A stretch of 64,000 nucleotides of DNA from Longimicrobiales bacterium (GTDB lineage: Bacteria; Gemmatimonadota; Gemmatimonadetes; Longimicrobiales; Gaopeijiaceae), in NCBI GenBank assembly GCA_965219445.1, contig CBDCNQ010000004.1:256001-320000 (forward strand), in the 5' to 3' direction. The position numbers and the translations under genes were made by a program. The notes beneath the pieces were generated by a model that did no database searches, was not told the DNA's origin, and was given only the letters and a program-made list of their open reading frames with translations. Shown here in pieces: positions 9,396 to 20,291 of the stretch (positions within the stretch are counted from its first letter, which is position 1; each line of letters begins with the position of its first letter).

Positions 9396-11924
9396 TTGCC
9401 TATGCTCAACTGGACAGCCAGTATGGTGCAGTCCCATTCGCATCAACTGAGAGCGTCCTCTATTAAACTCTCTGCCTTGGCCGCGTCACCTATTATTGGC
9501 TTGCTAGCCCTATTCTTGATTACTCCGGACGTATACGCGCAGTGTGACTTGCTGGCCGAAGGCTCCGAGATGGTTTCGGGTATCGTTTATGATGACCTCA
9601 ATCAGGACGGACGGCACGGTTCCGGGGAGCCCGGCGTTGCGCGTGTGAGCGTCAGCAATGGCTGTGACGTGGTTCTGACGAACTTGGATGGCCTTTACGA
9701 AATAACTCTGGCGCCGGGACAGATACTCTTCTTATCTCAACCAACTGGATACGTGGTACCTGTTGACGACAACAACCAGCCCCTCTTCTTCTATACTCAC
9801 TATCCTGACGGCACCCCCACAACGATTGGCGGCACTCCAGTGCAATGGCTGTGGCCGGTTATAGGACCCACCGGCCCGCTTCCCGACAACATCGATTTCC
9901 CCCTGCATAGACTCAGTTCGCAGGAAATCCGGTTTACCACTCATGCTTTTGCGGATCCACAGGCTCGCAGTGATCTCGGCGAGGACATGTTGCGAGAGGA
10001 GCTGGTGAATACCCTGCTGGGCAATCCGTATCAGGCAGAGTTTTCGCTCACCGTAGGTGACGTGGTCTTTGATAATCTCGGCCTTTACCGGAACCTGTCA
10101 ACGCCAGTGAGACACTCTTGGAAATCAATTAGAGAGCAATCTCCTGTGTCGTGAGGGATGGGGTGGGAGGATTGATCCAGACGGCCTCCGGGAGTGGTTT
10201 AGGCTTCGGCTCACCGGAGACGAAGCGCTCGGGATGAGCGGCCCATGCCTCACGGAGCACGGCCTTCCTGCAGGCGATGATCCGATCGGCGTGACCGAAG
10301 TGGACCTGTTCGGGGGTCAGCATCGAGATGCCGCCATGGCGGTGCTCGGCATTATACCAACGGAAGAACGAGCGACAGAAGGTCTTGGCTTGCCCCTGAT
10401 CCCCGAACCGGCCGGGAAACGAGGGATGGTACTTCAAGGTCTTGAACTGAGCCTCGGAGAACGGATTGTCATCCGAGACCTGGGGTCGGCCCAACGAGCG
10501 GGTCACGCCGAGATCGGCGAGTAGTTGAGCCGTGCATTGGCTCGTCATCGGAGCCCCTCGATCGGAATGCAGGGTCAGGAGGTGGGGCTGGACGCCATGC
10601 TTCAAGCAACTCTGCTGGATCAGCCGGCTGGCCAGGGCAGAGTTCTCCCGATCCGCCACCATCCATCCCACGACGTAGCGGCTGAAGATGTCCAGGATCA
10701 CGTAGAGGTAGAAGTAACTCCACTTCTTCGGCCCCAGCAGCCGGGTGATATCCCAGGACCAGACCTGGTTCGGGCCCCTCGCCATCAACTCGGGCTTCTG
10801 GTATTTGGGATGACTCCGCTGCGCTCGACGCTCCTGAACCGGCACCTGGGAAGCCAGAACGCGATACATCGTACGCTCGCTGCACAGGTAGACGTCCCCT
10901 CTTTGGGATTGACTCTTACGAGTCTCCCAATGCCCACTATGCCACCGAAACCTACAAGAAGCACTTTGGCCCAACCTATTATTCGTTCAATTATGGGAAT
11001 GTACATGTCGTTGCTCTAAACAACGTTGAGTACGCTGGAGCAGGACGACGCATCTCCGGCAACTTGGTTTATCGTGGGTTTATTCCAGACGATCAGATGC
11101 TTTGGCTCGAGCGAGATCTCGCTCATGTCGATGAAGACAAGCTCATCGTGATTGCCACTCACATTTCACTGATCAGTGAAGCCTCCGACGGCGATCCATC
11201 TCATGACGTAACTGGCCCCCATACCGATAACTTCGACCAACTGCTGGAACTCCTGCGTCCATTCGACAACGTCTTTGGCCTTGCCGGACACGATACCAGC
11301 AACAGCTGGAAGGTGGAGATTAACCATGAGCACGGCTGGACTGGTCGGCCATGGATAGCCCATACCCTGGCCGAAGTCCGCGGCAGTGGCTGGACCAGAG
11401 GCCCGAGAGATCTACGCGGCGTGGCGGAGGCCATGATGGAGGACGGAAACCCGAACGGTTTCTATCTGTTGAAATTCGACGACGTGACATTGGTCCCGGA
11501 GTTCATTCCATTTCCTTTCGGGAGAGACGCGGCACAGCGTTTGCGTATTGTCCTGGATCCAGAGCTCGAAGACACCGCTGATAGCAGCATCAACCGGGGT
11601 ATATTACAAAGGGATACCAAGGTGGTAGTCAATCTCTTCGACGGGGGCGAACGCGACAGAGTGAGCTTATCCCTGGACGGCGGCCGACTGATGCCGATGC
11701 GCTATGTGGTTCGAACCGACCCCTTCATGGAAAAAGCCTACAGGCGGCTTGCTGACACTCAGGACGCCTTTCCGAGGCCAGCAGCCTCATCACACATCTG
11801 GGAATTCGACTTGCCAGAAAACCTCGAACCGGGAATACACACCGTCGTGGTCGAAACCGAAGATGAGTTTGAGCAGCACCAACGCGGGGTTCTGTCGTTT
11901 GAGGTCACTGGGGCGGCGCGGTGA
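9396..11924 (+). pseudogene. Calcineurin-like metallophosphoesterase interrupted by an IS fragment (5' part about 9396-10088, 3' part about 10917-11924)
   Basis: FADPQ and VGDVVFD before the IS; YESPNAHYATETYKKHFGPTYYSFNYG..WLERDL..HI..AGHDT after it. The expected GNHD segment is absent. Confidence 0.8.
10089..10897 (-). mobile_element. Truncated copy (right-hand 809 bp) of the IS3/IS481-like element at 46475-48034
   Basis: Reverse complement of 47226-48034; identical protein from DVYLCSERT to the C-terminus. Confidence 0.9.
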
Positions 11925-11952
11925 GTGAGGGTGTGAAGGGGTTGGGGGCTGC

Positions 11953-14765
11953 ATGTTAGCGCCTCTACTGCGCAGGTGCTCGGTGGGCCTGGCGATCGCT
12001 CTCCCGTTGGCCTGGTTGGGTGCCGGAGAGGGCCTCGCCCAGGTGGGAGAGCCGCTCACGGAGGGCTCGACCCCGGAGAGCCGGGAGCCCGTGGTCTATT
12101 CCCACGACGACATGGCCCCCGTTGCTCGTGCGGTGAGAACGGAGGTGCCGATCGCAATCGACGGAGTCTTGGACGAGGCCGTATGGATGACGGCGCCGGA
12201 GATCACGGAGTTTCTCCAAACCGTTCCGGACGAGGCACAGCCAGTCACGGAGGAGACTGAGGTCCGCATTTTGTATGACGATGACAACATCTACGTGGGC
12301 GCCTGGCTCTGGGATGAGGGCGAGGTGCCGGCTCGCCTGAGACGGAGGGACCAGGGGACGCCCGATGCGGACTACTTCGTCGTCATCTTTGACAGCTACC
12401 ATGATCACCGCACCGCTTACCGGTTCGCGGTGAGCGCCGCCGGCAACCACTCGGACGAGATCCTGACGATCGGCCGCGGAGGCGGAGGCAGGGGCGGGCG
12501 CGGGCGCGGGGGCGGGGGGTTCAGCGACCGCTCCTGGGATCCCGTTATCGACGTTCGCACGTCGATCACGGACGACGGCTGGTTCGTGGAGTGGCGGATC
12601 CCCTTCAGCCAGCTTCGCTACCGAGCCGATGAGATCCAGACCTGGGGCCTTCAAGTCGAGCGCAAACTGCGACGCAAAGCGGAGGACACGGTGTGGGCGT
12701 TCAGGCCGAGGAACGAGCCCCAGGTCGTGGCGCGATACGGGCACCTGCACGGGATCGAAGGCATCGCGCAGGGTAAGCGAACTGGAACTCCTCCCCTACA
12801 GCACGGCCCGTGCCGAATACCGAGAGATTCCGAGGAGCGAGGCTGCGGGGTTCGACAACCCTTTCCGGAGTGGTTCGGAGTACTTCACCAACATGGGGTT
12901 GGATCTCAAGTATCGGCTCGGAACGAACCTCACCCTGGATGCGGCGGTGAACCCCGACTTCGGGCAGGTGGAGCTCGACCCGGCGGTGATCAACCTGACA
13001 GCGTTCGAGACCCGCTTCGACGAGAAGCGGCCGTTCTTCGTGGAGGGAGCGGAGATGTTCCGGTTCGGGGAGGGTGGGGCGCGTTGGGGAGGGTCCGACG
13101 CTCAGTTGCTTTACTCACGACGGATCGGCCGCACGCCGCAGGGCTTCGTCCCGGACGCGGCGGCATACTCTGACGTACCGGGGCAGACGACGATCCCGGG
13201 AGCGGTGAAGCTCACTGGAAAAACGGCGAGCGGCTGGTCATTAGGACTTCTCGAAGCCGTGACGGACCGGGTCACAGCGCCGTGGATCGATCCGGACGGA
13301 ACGCGTGGAAAGAAGGAGGTCGAACCTCGCTCCAAACTACCTCGCTGCGCGTGTGCGGCGCGACATCCGCCAGGGGACGGGCTCCTTAGGTGTGATAGCT
13401 ACGAGTGTTCACCGGGACCTGAGGTCCGAGACCCTCCGATCGCGGTTGCGGTCCGCCGCGTACTCGGTCGGGGTGGACGGCCGGATCGAAACAAGATCGC
13501 TAAAGTGGAGGCTTGCCGGAAAATTGTCAGGGAGCGCAGTGAACGGAGGCGTGGACGCGATCGCCCGCACCCAACAGAGTTCCGCGCGCTACATGGATCG
13601 GCCCGACGCGACTCACATGGAATTCGATCCGGACGCGCGCTCGCTCCGTGGCCTCTATGGGCGGCTGGACCTGACCAAGCAGACAGGGACGTGGCAGGGC
13701 AACCTCGGGGTGACCGCTATCACGCCAGGCTACGAGGTGAACGACCTCGGATTTCAAAGCTTTGCCGACCGGGTCGAGGTCACGTCCAGCTTCGGATACC
13801 GACAGCCGACAGTCGGCGAGCACTTTCGGACGTTGAACGTCACCGCAAATGGGACCAACACGTTCAACTTCGGGGGCGAGGCGGTGATGTCCAACGTCGG
13901 GCTTTGGGTCAACGCAGAGCACTCCAGCTTCAACCGGCTCCATATCGGCATCGCCCGCCGATTCGAGGTGTGGAACGACAGGCTGACCCGGGGCGGCCCC
14001 CTGACACTCGAGCCGGCGGGGTACTTTGGAAACATCGGTTTTAACACCGACCGGCGCGCGACCTTGCAGTTTCGTGCAGGGTTCCGCTTCAGCGAGGACG
14101 AAGGGGCCGGATGGAGTCGAGGAGGAAATCTCGGTCTCTTCTTCCGGTTCTGGGAGAATTACGAGCTCGACATGGGGGTCCAGGTGACCCGTGACCGCAT
14201 CGCCGCCCAATATGTGGCGACTGTCCCCGATCCGGCGGCAACGCACACCTTCGGAAGTCGTTACCTGTTCGCGCCGCTTGACCAGACAACGGTCGGGATC
14301 GAGACGCGCTTCAACGTAACGTTCTCGCCGGACCTAACCTTCGAGCTCTATGCTCAGCCCTTCATGTCGAGTGGCGACTATCGGGGGCTGATGGAACTCT
14401 CCGCTCCACGAAGCTTCCAGTTCCTGCGGTATGGGAAGGATGTGGGTACGGTGACCCGCAGCGAGAACGCCGGGTACGTGGTTGATCCGGAGGGCGGCGG
14501 TGCAGAACCGTTCGAGGTATCGGATCGCGACTTCAACTTGCGCTCGCTTCTGGGCAGCGCCGTCCTGCGCTGGGAGTGGCGCCCGGGGAGCACGCTCTTT
14601 CTCGTCTGGCAGCAGACGCGGTCAGAGAGGCTAGTGCGAACAGCAGGGGGAGTGTTCGACGATGGAGTCGGAGAGTTCAGGCTAGGCCGCGACGGGCGCG
14701 CTCTGTTCGGCCTAAAGCCCGATAACGTCTTCGCAGTCAAGGTCACTTACTGGCTCAACCCCTGA
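11953..14765 (+). CDS. DUF5916 / CBM9-like outer-membrane protein split by two +1 frameshifts (about 12780 and 13335)
   Basis: IDGVLDEAVW, YDDDNIYVG, VNPDFGQVELD, FDEKRPFFVEG, C-terminal VKVTYWLNP, spread over three consecutive frames. Confidence 0.8.
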
Positions 14766-14861
14766 AGACGCCGAACCCCGGGTGCCGATTCGGGGCAGCG
14801 GCCGGGACCCCTCCCTTCCTACGGTTGTAATAACCGGGGTTGCACAGCGGGGAGGCGGGTC

Positions 14862-15338
14862 ATGTACGTACGTATCAGAGTGTTCAGGCTGACGACGCTC
14901 TTAATCGCAATCGCGATGGGTTGCGAGTCTGATGCAGAAAAGCTCCAAAGGTTGCGATCGGACGAAGTGATCGCGAGCCTCGGCGTATCGAGGCGGGATC
15001 GGAATATCGGGCAGAGCGCGATTAGCCTCAAGGTCTTCGCAAACGCACCTGGTCGTGACAACCACAACGTCAACGGTGAGTACGTCACCCTGTTCAACTC
15101 CGGTGCGGTAGCGATCGAGATTGGGGGCTGGTCCCTGTGCGACTCCCCCTCGCACTGTTTCACGTTCCCGCTTGGGGCATCGATTCCAGCGGACGGAAGT
15201 GTCCGGCTCTACAGCGGGTCGGGGCTTACCACTACCACGTCCTTCTACATGGGGAGCGGACGGGCTGTGTGGAACAACGAGCATGATACCGCGACATTGC
15301 GAAACGGGGGAACCGTAATCGCACAAGACATCTACTGA
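14862..15338 (+). CDS. Lamin-tail-domain (LTD) protein
   Basis: NAPGRD..NGEYVTLFN.G..IGGWSL.D..FTFP..VWNNEHDTATLRN. Confidence 0.8.
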   Translation: MYVRIRVFRLTTLLIAIAMGCESDAEKLQRLRSDEVIASLGVSRRDRNIGQSAISLKVFANAPGRDNHNVNGEYVTLFNSGAVAIEIGGWSLCDSPSHCFTFPLGASIPADGSVRLYSGSGLTTTTSFYMGSGRAVWNNEHDTATLRNGGTVIAQDIY

Positions 15339-15374
15339 CCCCCGTACCACTCACGGGGACGAAGCGAGCAGATC

Positions 15375-16049
15375 TCAGTTGTTGAGGAGCACGCTGTCGC
15401 CGTATGGCCGCTGATAGACAACAAACCACCTGTTGTCGAACACCCCGAATCTCTCGGCTGGATAGAAGCTGATGGCCGCCAGCCAGGTATCTACGTCCGA
15501 GCGCCTCAGCCACATCCAGTTCCTCGCATCTTCCGGCCCGGCCTCGATGATCGCGATACGCCCATCCGGTTTGAGATACTTCGCAGCTGCGTTCAGATAG
15601 GCTTGCCGGTGCTCGATCATGTGCAGCGTCCGGTGAAGAAACACGACGTCCACGTTGTTCACCGGCAGCTTCGGATCGTCGTATTCGCCCAACACGGTGC
15701 GGACGTTTCGGAGACCGGCCGTCTCGGCCCGCTGGGCTACGAAATCGAGCATCTCTTGGTCGATGTCGACCGCATACAGGACCCCGGTCGGGCCAATCGC
15801 GCGAGCCATCGGAACTGAAAACGCCCCACTTCCGGAACCGATGTCGGCGACGATATCTCCCGGCCCAAGCCGCAACCGCTCTATGACCTCGTCGATGTGC
15901 AGGCGGGCGACACGTTCCGGCCTGTCCATCCGCTCGACATACTCGTCAGCCGGTCGCTGGCCAAGCTGTGCGGAAGCTTCCGAGAAGCCGACTCCCAAAA
16001 GACACAGGACCGAAACACACGTGATCCAGAACTGTTCTTGCTTCACCAT
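15375..16049 (-). CDS. Class I SAM-dependent methyltransferase with signal peptide
   Basis: VADIGSGSG, YAVDID, LKPDGRIAII. Confidence 0.85.
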   Translation of the reverse strand: MVKQEQFWITCVSVLCLLGVGFSEASAQLGQRPADEYVERMDRPERVARLHIDEVIERLRLGPGDIVADIGSGSGAFSVPMARAIGPTGVLYAVDIDQEMLDFVAQRAETAGLRNVRTVLGEYDDPKLPVNNVDVVFLHRTLHMIEHRQAYLNAAAKYLKPDGRIAIIEAGPEDARNWMWLRRSDVDTWLAAISFYPAERFGVFDNRWFVVYQRPYGDSVLLNN

Positions 16050-16173
16050 ACCACCTCTCTTCAGACGTTGATGTTCGACTTCAGCTTCCCCTCGGGCCCG
16101 AATCTTATGTCGGCCGCATCATTCTGAAAAGCAAGCTGTAAGACGAGAATACCTGGGTCTCTCACCGAGACTG

Positions 16174-16590
16174 TCACTGGGGATGCGTCTCTTGGGGGTC
16201 TAGCCGAACAAAATATCTCGGCGGAAAGCCGGTCAAGAGTCGAAACGCTATACCAAGGCCGTGTTGGCTATTAACGCGATCGTGCTCTTCATCGGTTACA
16301 GGTATTGCCAGGTAGGAGCCTTTCTCACCATCTACAGTGACTTGCACACTGGGATTTTCCAAGGCCTGTTTGTACCAGGCTCGCGGCCAGTGGTTAGCTG
16401 CCACGAAGAGCTGGCCATTACTTTCCAGGCGAGTCACGACTCGGTCGTTTGTGGTTCCATCCTCATCCGTCGTGGTGATAACCAGCGTACTTTGACCTGC
16501 GGGTTGGAAATACCCGAGCAAGGACTCAAACGCCACGATGATCCCTACGTAAGCGAGGAACAAGATCGGGATTAGCCTTAGGGCTTTCAC
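16174..16590 (-). CDS. Split beta-barrel nitroreductase/deazaflavin-dependent-like protein
   Basis: LVITTT, FVAAN..RAWYKQALENPSVQV motifs after an N-terminal TM helix. Confidence 0.55.
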   Translation of the reverse strand: MKALRLIPILFLAYVGIIVAFESLLGYFQPAGQSTLVITTTDEDGTTNDRVVTRLESNGQLFVAANHWPRAWYKQALENPSVQVTVDGEKGSYLAIPVTDEEHDRVNSQHGLGIAFRLLTGFPPRYFVRLDPQETHPQ

Positions 16591-16615
16591 TCTAGGACTC
16601 CTAGGGCATGTACAG

Positions 16616-16661
16616 GATCAGACCGAGGTCAACATCCGATGCGCGCCCCGATAGGCGCAAG
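16616..16661 (-). repeat. Dispersed promoter-like repeat, copy 1
   Basis: gatcagaccgaggtcaacatccga..ccgataggcgcaag; related copies at 24622, 25803 and 29252. Confidence 0.75.
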
Positions 16662-16776
16662 GAGAACCCCGTCAGACGTCCCTTCATCTTCGAGTCTAGA
16701 GCAGCGGCGTTATACGAAACGACAGATGCCCTGGTAGGCCTGGCTGGGCCAGGAGCCAAGTGAACAGGCGCCGGGC

Positions 16777-17835
16777 TCAGCGTGCCGTGTAGGTTCGGCT
16801 GAACCCGTTGCGGCTGTTCGTGACGGTGAACGTGCCGTCCTGGCTGACCGACGCCCGAATCCAATGGCCGTTGCCCTCCGCGGTATCATTCAGGTTTGCG
16901 ATCATGTCTTCCGCCGTGTTGTGGGCCGGATTCGGATCGAGCAGCGAACGGTGACCCTGCCAAATCCCTTCGATGCCCGGACTCTTCGCCATCCGGTCGT
17001 AGTGCGCCGTTGAGACCTCGCCGAAACCGGGTGACGTGCCTCCCAGCCCCTTGCGCGGACCGTTGTTCACGACGATGACCTGCGGCTTGATCGCATAGAG
17101 GTGCGTTGGCGAGCCCGCGTCGTCCCAGGCTCCGTGGCGGCTCGTCTGATAGAGCGTGACCTCGCCCACCTTGTTCATGGGACACGACAGCTCGACCTCC
17201 ATCTCCCAGTTGAGATCCCCGAGGTCGAGAAAGGTGAACCGGCCGTAGGTGAAGAGCGCCCCGACGCTGCGCTGATTCTCCGGACTGGCCTGCGGTTTGT
17301 GCTCGGCCGTCGCGCACAGCGTGTTGAATCCGCCGTCGTTGACGGGCGTCGTAAGGAGTCGACCGTCCGAGGCGATGACATCGACCTCGACGGCCCCGAA
17401 CGGGATCTTCTCGCCAGCCTCGACGGCCGCTCTCTTGTCTCCGCATACGCTGAGGTACGCGTCGAGCCATTGCCGATTGCTCTCTTCGGTGGTGGTCCCA
17501 TGGTCGAAGCATTTCTCGATCGGGATCATCTCGGCGAGCGCTTGAAGCCCGCCCACGTGATCCCGATGGAAGTGCGTGATGACCAGGTGGTCAATCCTGG
17601 TCAGGCCAGCCTCTTGGGCTGCCGCGAAAACGCGTCTCGCGTCGCGGTTATCTTCCGTCGGGTATCCGGTGTCGACGAGCAGAGATTCCCCGCTGGGAGA
17701 CACAACGAGGGTAGCGGCGCCGCCTTCGACGTCCACCCAGTAGATGTCGAAGGTCCGTGACTGCGCCGTGGCGGTTACGACGGGGATGCATAACAGCCCA
17801 ATGAGCCACATCCAACGTACGCCTGGTTTCGACAT
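16777..17835 (-). CDS. MBL-fold metallo-hydrolase (ComEC/Rec2-like), secreted
   Basis: VDVEGGAATL, LLVDTG, THFHRDHVGG. Confidence 0.85.
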   Translation of the reverse strand: MSKPGVRWMWLIGLLCIPVVTATAQSRTFDIYWVDVEGGAATLVVSPSGESLLVDTGYPTEDNRDARRVFAAAQEAGLTRIDHLVITHFHRDHVGGLQALAEMIPIEKCFDHGTTTEESNRQWLDAYLSVCGDKRAAVEAGEKIPFGAVEVDVIASDGRLLTTPVNDGGFNTLCATAEHKPQASPENQRSVGALFTYGRFTFLDLGDLNWEMEVELSCPMNKVGEVTLYQTSRHGAWDDAGSPTHLYAIKPQVIVVNNGPRKGLGGTSPGFGEVSTAHYDRMAKSPGIEGIWQGHRSLLDPNPAHNTAEDMIANLNDTAEGNGHWIRASVSQDGTFTVTNSRNGFSRTYTAR

Positions 17836-18164
17836 GCTCAACTCCTTGCGTCGAGGCACCGATTCTACGGAAGGCGGCCGAGAGGGGAGGTCCAGCCTCA
17901 TCTGGACATCCGGACGGCCACGGATAGGAAAAAGAAAGGCCCAGTGCCGGATCGGGATAACGTAAGGGGCGGTCCAGACGCGTCAAGCGGGATTCTCTGC
18001 CGGCGCCCGATGAAGAACCACTGACGTCGTGGATACCGTCTTGAGCACCACCGCGAAGCACTGGGCGACAGGCTCTGGGGATTCTCCTTCAGTGAGAGCC
18101 TTGCAGCCCAACACGCCTGAGACGCATCTTGAGCGCCTGGCACTTTTCTTGAAGGAGATTTCCG

Positions 18165-20267
18165 ATGCAGCAAGTTACAGGTGATCACCGCTACTTAGGA
18201 TTCCGGTGGCCTCGGTTGGCCTTGTATCTCGTCGCCACGCTGAGCCTTCTGGTCGCCACACCGCTGACCGGTAAGGCGCAGCAGCCCGGTGGAGCGACGC
18301 TTCAGGGCCAGTGGCATTACCTGGGAGGGGATGCCTACCACCAGAGGTACTCGCCGCTGGACCAGATCCACGCCGGTAATTTCGAGGATCTGGAGGTCGC
18401 GTGGATCTGGAGGGGCAACAACTTCGATCCCACCGTCGCCCGTGGCAAACCCTTATTCGTGGACGGGGTGCTCTACACCGTGGTGGGCAACCGCCGGACG
18501 GTGGTCGCGATCGATGGGGGGACGGGGGAGACCCTTTGGGCCTACCGAGAACCGCCCACAACCCGCTGGGAGCGCTCCACGAGGAGGGGCCACGGCAAGG
18601 GAGTTTCCTACGGCGAGGTAGACGGCCGGGGCGTGATCTTCGTCTCGACGCCCGCCTTCTTCTTGCACGCTCTGGATGCGAAGACAGGCCGGCACCTCGA
18701 GAACTGGGGGACACGTGTGCCGTTGCCCGGCTTTCCCGCCACTGGAGTGATCGACCTCCTGCCCGATATCCTGGACGACTGGGGGCCGTGGGAAGACTAT
18801 GTGGCCGCCGGCGGGACCTATGACGCGGACTGGGGCGCGCCGGCTGAGCTCGGACACATCACGAGCTCCGCACCCCCCATCGTGGTGAATGGGGTAATCG
18901 TGGTCGGTAACTCCGCGGAGTCGGGCAATGAGCAGCTTCGGGTGGAGAACATTCCGGGCGATATTCTGGCGTACGACGCAGGCACGGGCGAGCACCTCTG
19001 GAAGTTCCACGTCATCCCGCGGCCGGGCGAGGTCGGCCACGAGTCGTGGGAGAGCGACGCGTGGGCCTGGACGGGCGACGTCTCCTCCTGGGCCCCCATG
19101 TCGGCGGATCCGGACCTGGGCATGGTCTACATCGGCACGAACCCTCCCACAATAGACTTCTATGGCGGGTTCCGGCCGGGGGACGGCCTCTTCGGAAACA
19201 GCATACTCGCGCTGGACGTGCAGACGGGTGAGCGGGTGTGGCACTTCCAGATGGTTCGGCACGACATCTGGGACTACGATACTTCCGTTCCGCCCCTGTT
19301 GATCGATGTAACGGTGGACGGGGAGGAGGTTCCCGCGTTGGTGGCCAATGGGAAACACGGAATCACGTTCGTCTTCAACCGGGCCACGGGCGAGCCGGTC
19401 TGGCCCATCGAGTACCGCCCGGTGCCGGCGTCGCGCGTGCCCGGGGACCAGGTCTCGCGGGTCCAGCCCTTCCCCACGAAGCCCGAGCCGATCGGGTTTC
19501 TCGGGCTTCCCGAAGAGGAGCTCATCGATTTCACACCCGAGCTCCGCCGACAGGCGCTCGAGATCCTGGAGGACTTCGACTGGGGCAAGGAACCCTACAC
19601 ACCGTATATCCACGAAGGAAACGAGCTGGGAAAGATCGCGACGATCACCTGCCCATCGGGGAGCCCGAACACCGGCGCCGAGCCGTCAGCCGACCCCGAG
19701 ACGGGATTGGTCTACATCTCCATGACCAGGAACTGCCGGTGTCCACAGCTCGCGCGCGGGTTCGAGCTGGATGATCCCGACGACCCGGTCTTTACGGGCA
19801 CGAACACGACGGCGGAGTTCATCACGGGCGAGACGACCACGGAGTGGGCGCCCGGCACGCCGAATATGGGCTGCAGGGGTCCCCAGGGACTTCCTCTCTG
19901 GAGGCCTCCCTACAGCAGGATCGTGGCCATCGACATGAACACTGGCGAGGAGGCATGGTGGGTGCCCAACGGGGATACGCGTGACGTCATTCGGAACCAC
20001 CCAGCACTTCAAGGACTGGACATATCCAACACGGGATCGGGGAGTTTGGCTCCGACCCTGGTCACGAGGACGCTGCTCTTCCACACCGGTGAGCCGTATC
20101 TCAACGCTCTCGACAAGCAGACCGGAGAGCGCTTGGGCAGGGTCGAGCTTCCAGCTCCTGGTTCGTACGGCTTGATTACCTACGAGCACGAGGGACGGCA
20201 GCACATCGTGGTTCAGGTGAACAGTGCGGACCTGCGGAACTCGCTCGTAGCGCTCCGGCTGCCGTGA
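18165..20267 (+). CDS. PQQ-binding beta-propeller dehydrogenase
   Basis: RYSPLDQI, HITSSAPP, WHFQMVRHDIWDYD, PPYSRIVAIDMNTG. Confidence 0.9.
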   Translation: MQQVTGDHRYLGFRWPRLALYLVATLSLLVATPLTGKAQQPGGATLQGQWHYLGGDAYHQRYSPLDQIHAGNFEDLEVAWIWRGNNFDPTVARGKPLFVDGVLYTVVGNRRTVVAIDGGTGETLWAYREPPTTRWERSTRRGHGKGVSYGEVDGRGVIFVSTPAFFLHALDAKTGRHLENWGTRVPLPGFPATGVIDLLPDILDDWGPWEDYVAAGGTYDADWGAPAELGHITSSAPPIVVNGVIVVGNSAESGNEQLRVENIPGDILAYDAGTGEHLWKFHVIPRPGEVGHESWESDAWAWTGDVSSWAPMSADPDLGMVYIGTNPPTIDFYGGFRPGDGLFGNSILALDVQTGERVWHFQMVRHDIWDYDTSVPPLLIDVTVDGEEVPALVANGKHGITFVFNRATGEPVWPIEYRPVPASRVPGDQVSRVQPFPTKPEPIGFLGLPEEELIDFTPELRRQALEILEDFDWGKEPYTPYIHEGNELGKIATITCPSGSPNTGAEPSADPETGLVYISMTRNCRCPQLARGFELDDPDDPVFTGTNTTAEFITGETTTEWAPGTPNMGCRGPQGLPLWRPPYSRIVAIDMNTGEEAWWVPNGDTRDVIRNHPALQGLDISNTGSGSLAPTLVTRTLLFHTGEPYLNALDKQTGERLGRVELPAPGSYGLITYEHEGRQHIVVQVNSADLRNSLVALRLP

Positions 20268-20291
20268 CCAGGGAAAAGTGACGGGGAGCTG

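Noticed and set aside
12472..12520. GRGGGGRGGRGRGGGG tract
   Set aside because: Low-complexity linker within a coding region; no evidence of a separate function.
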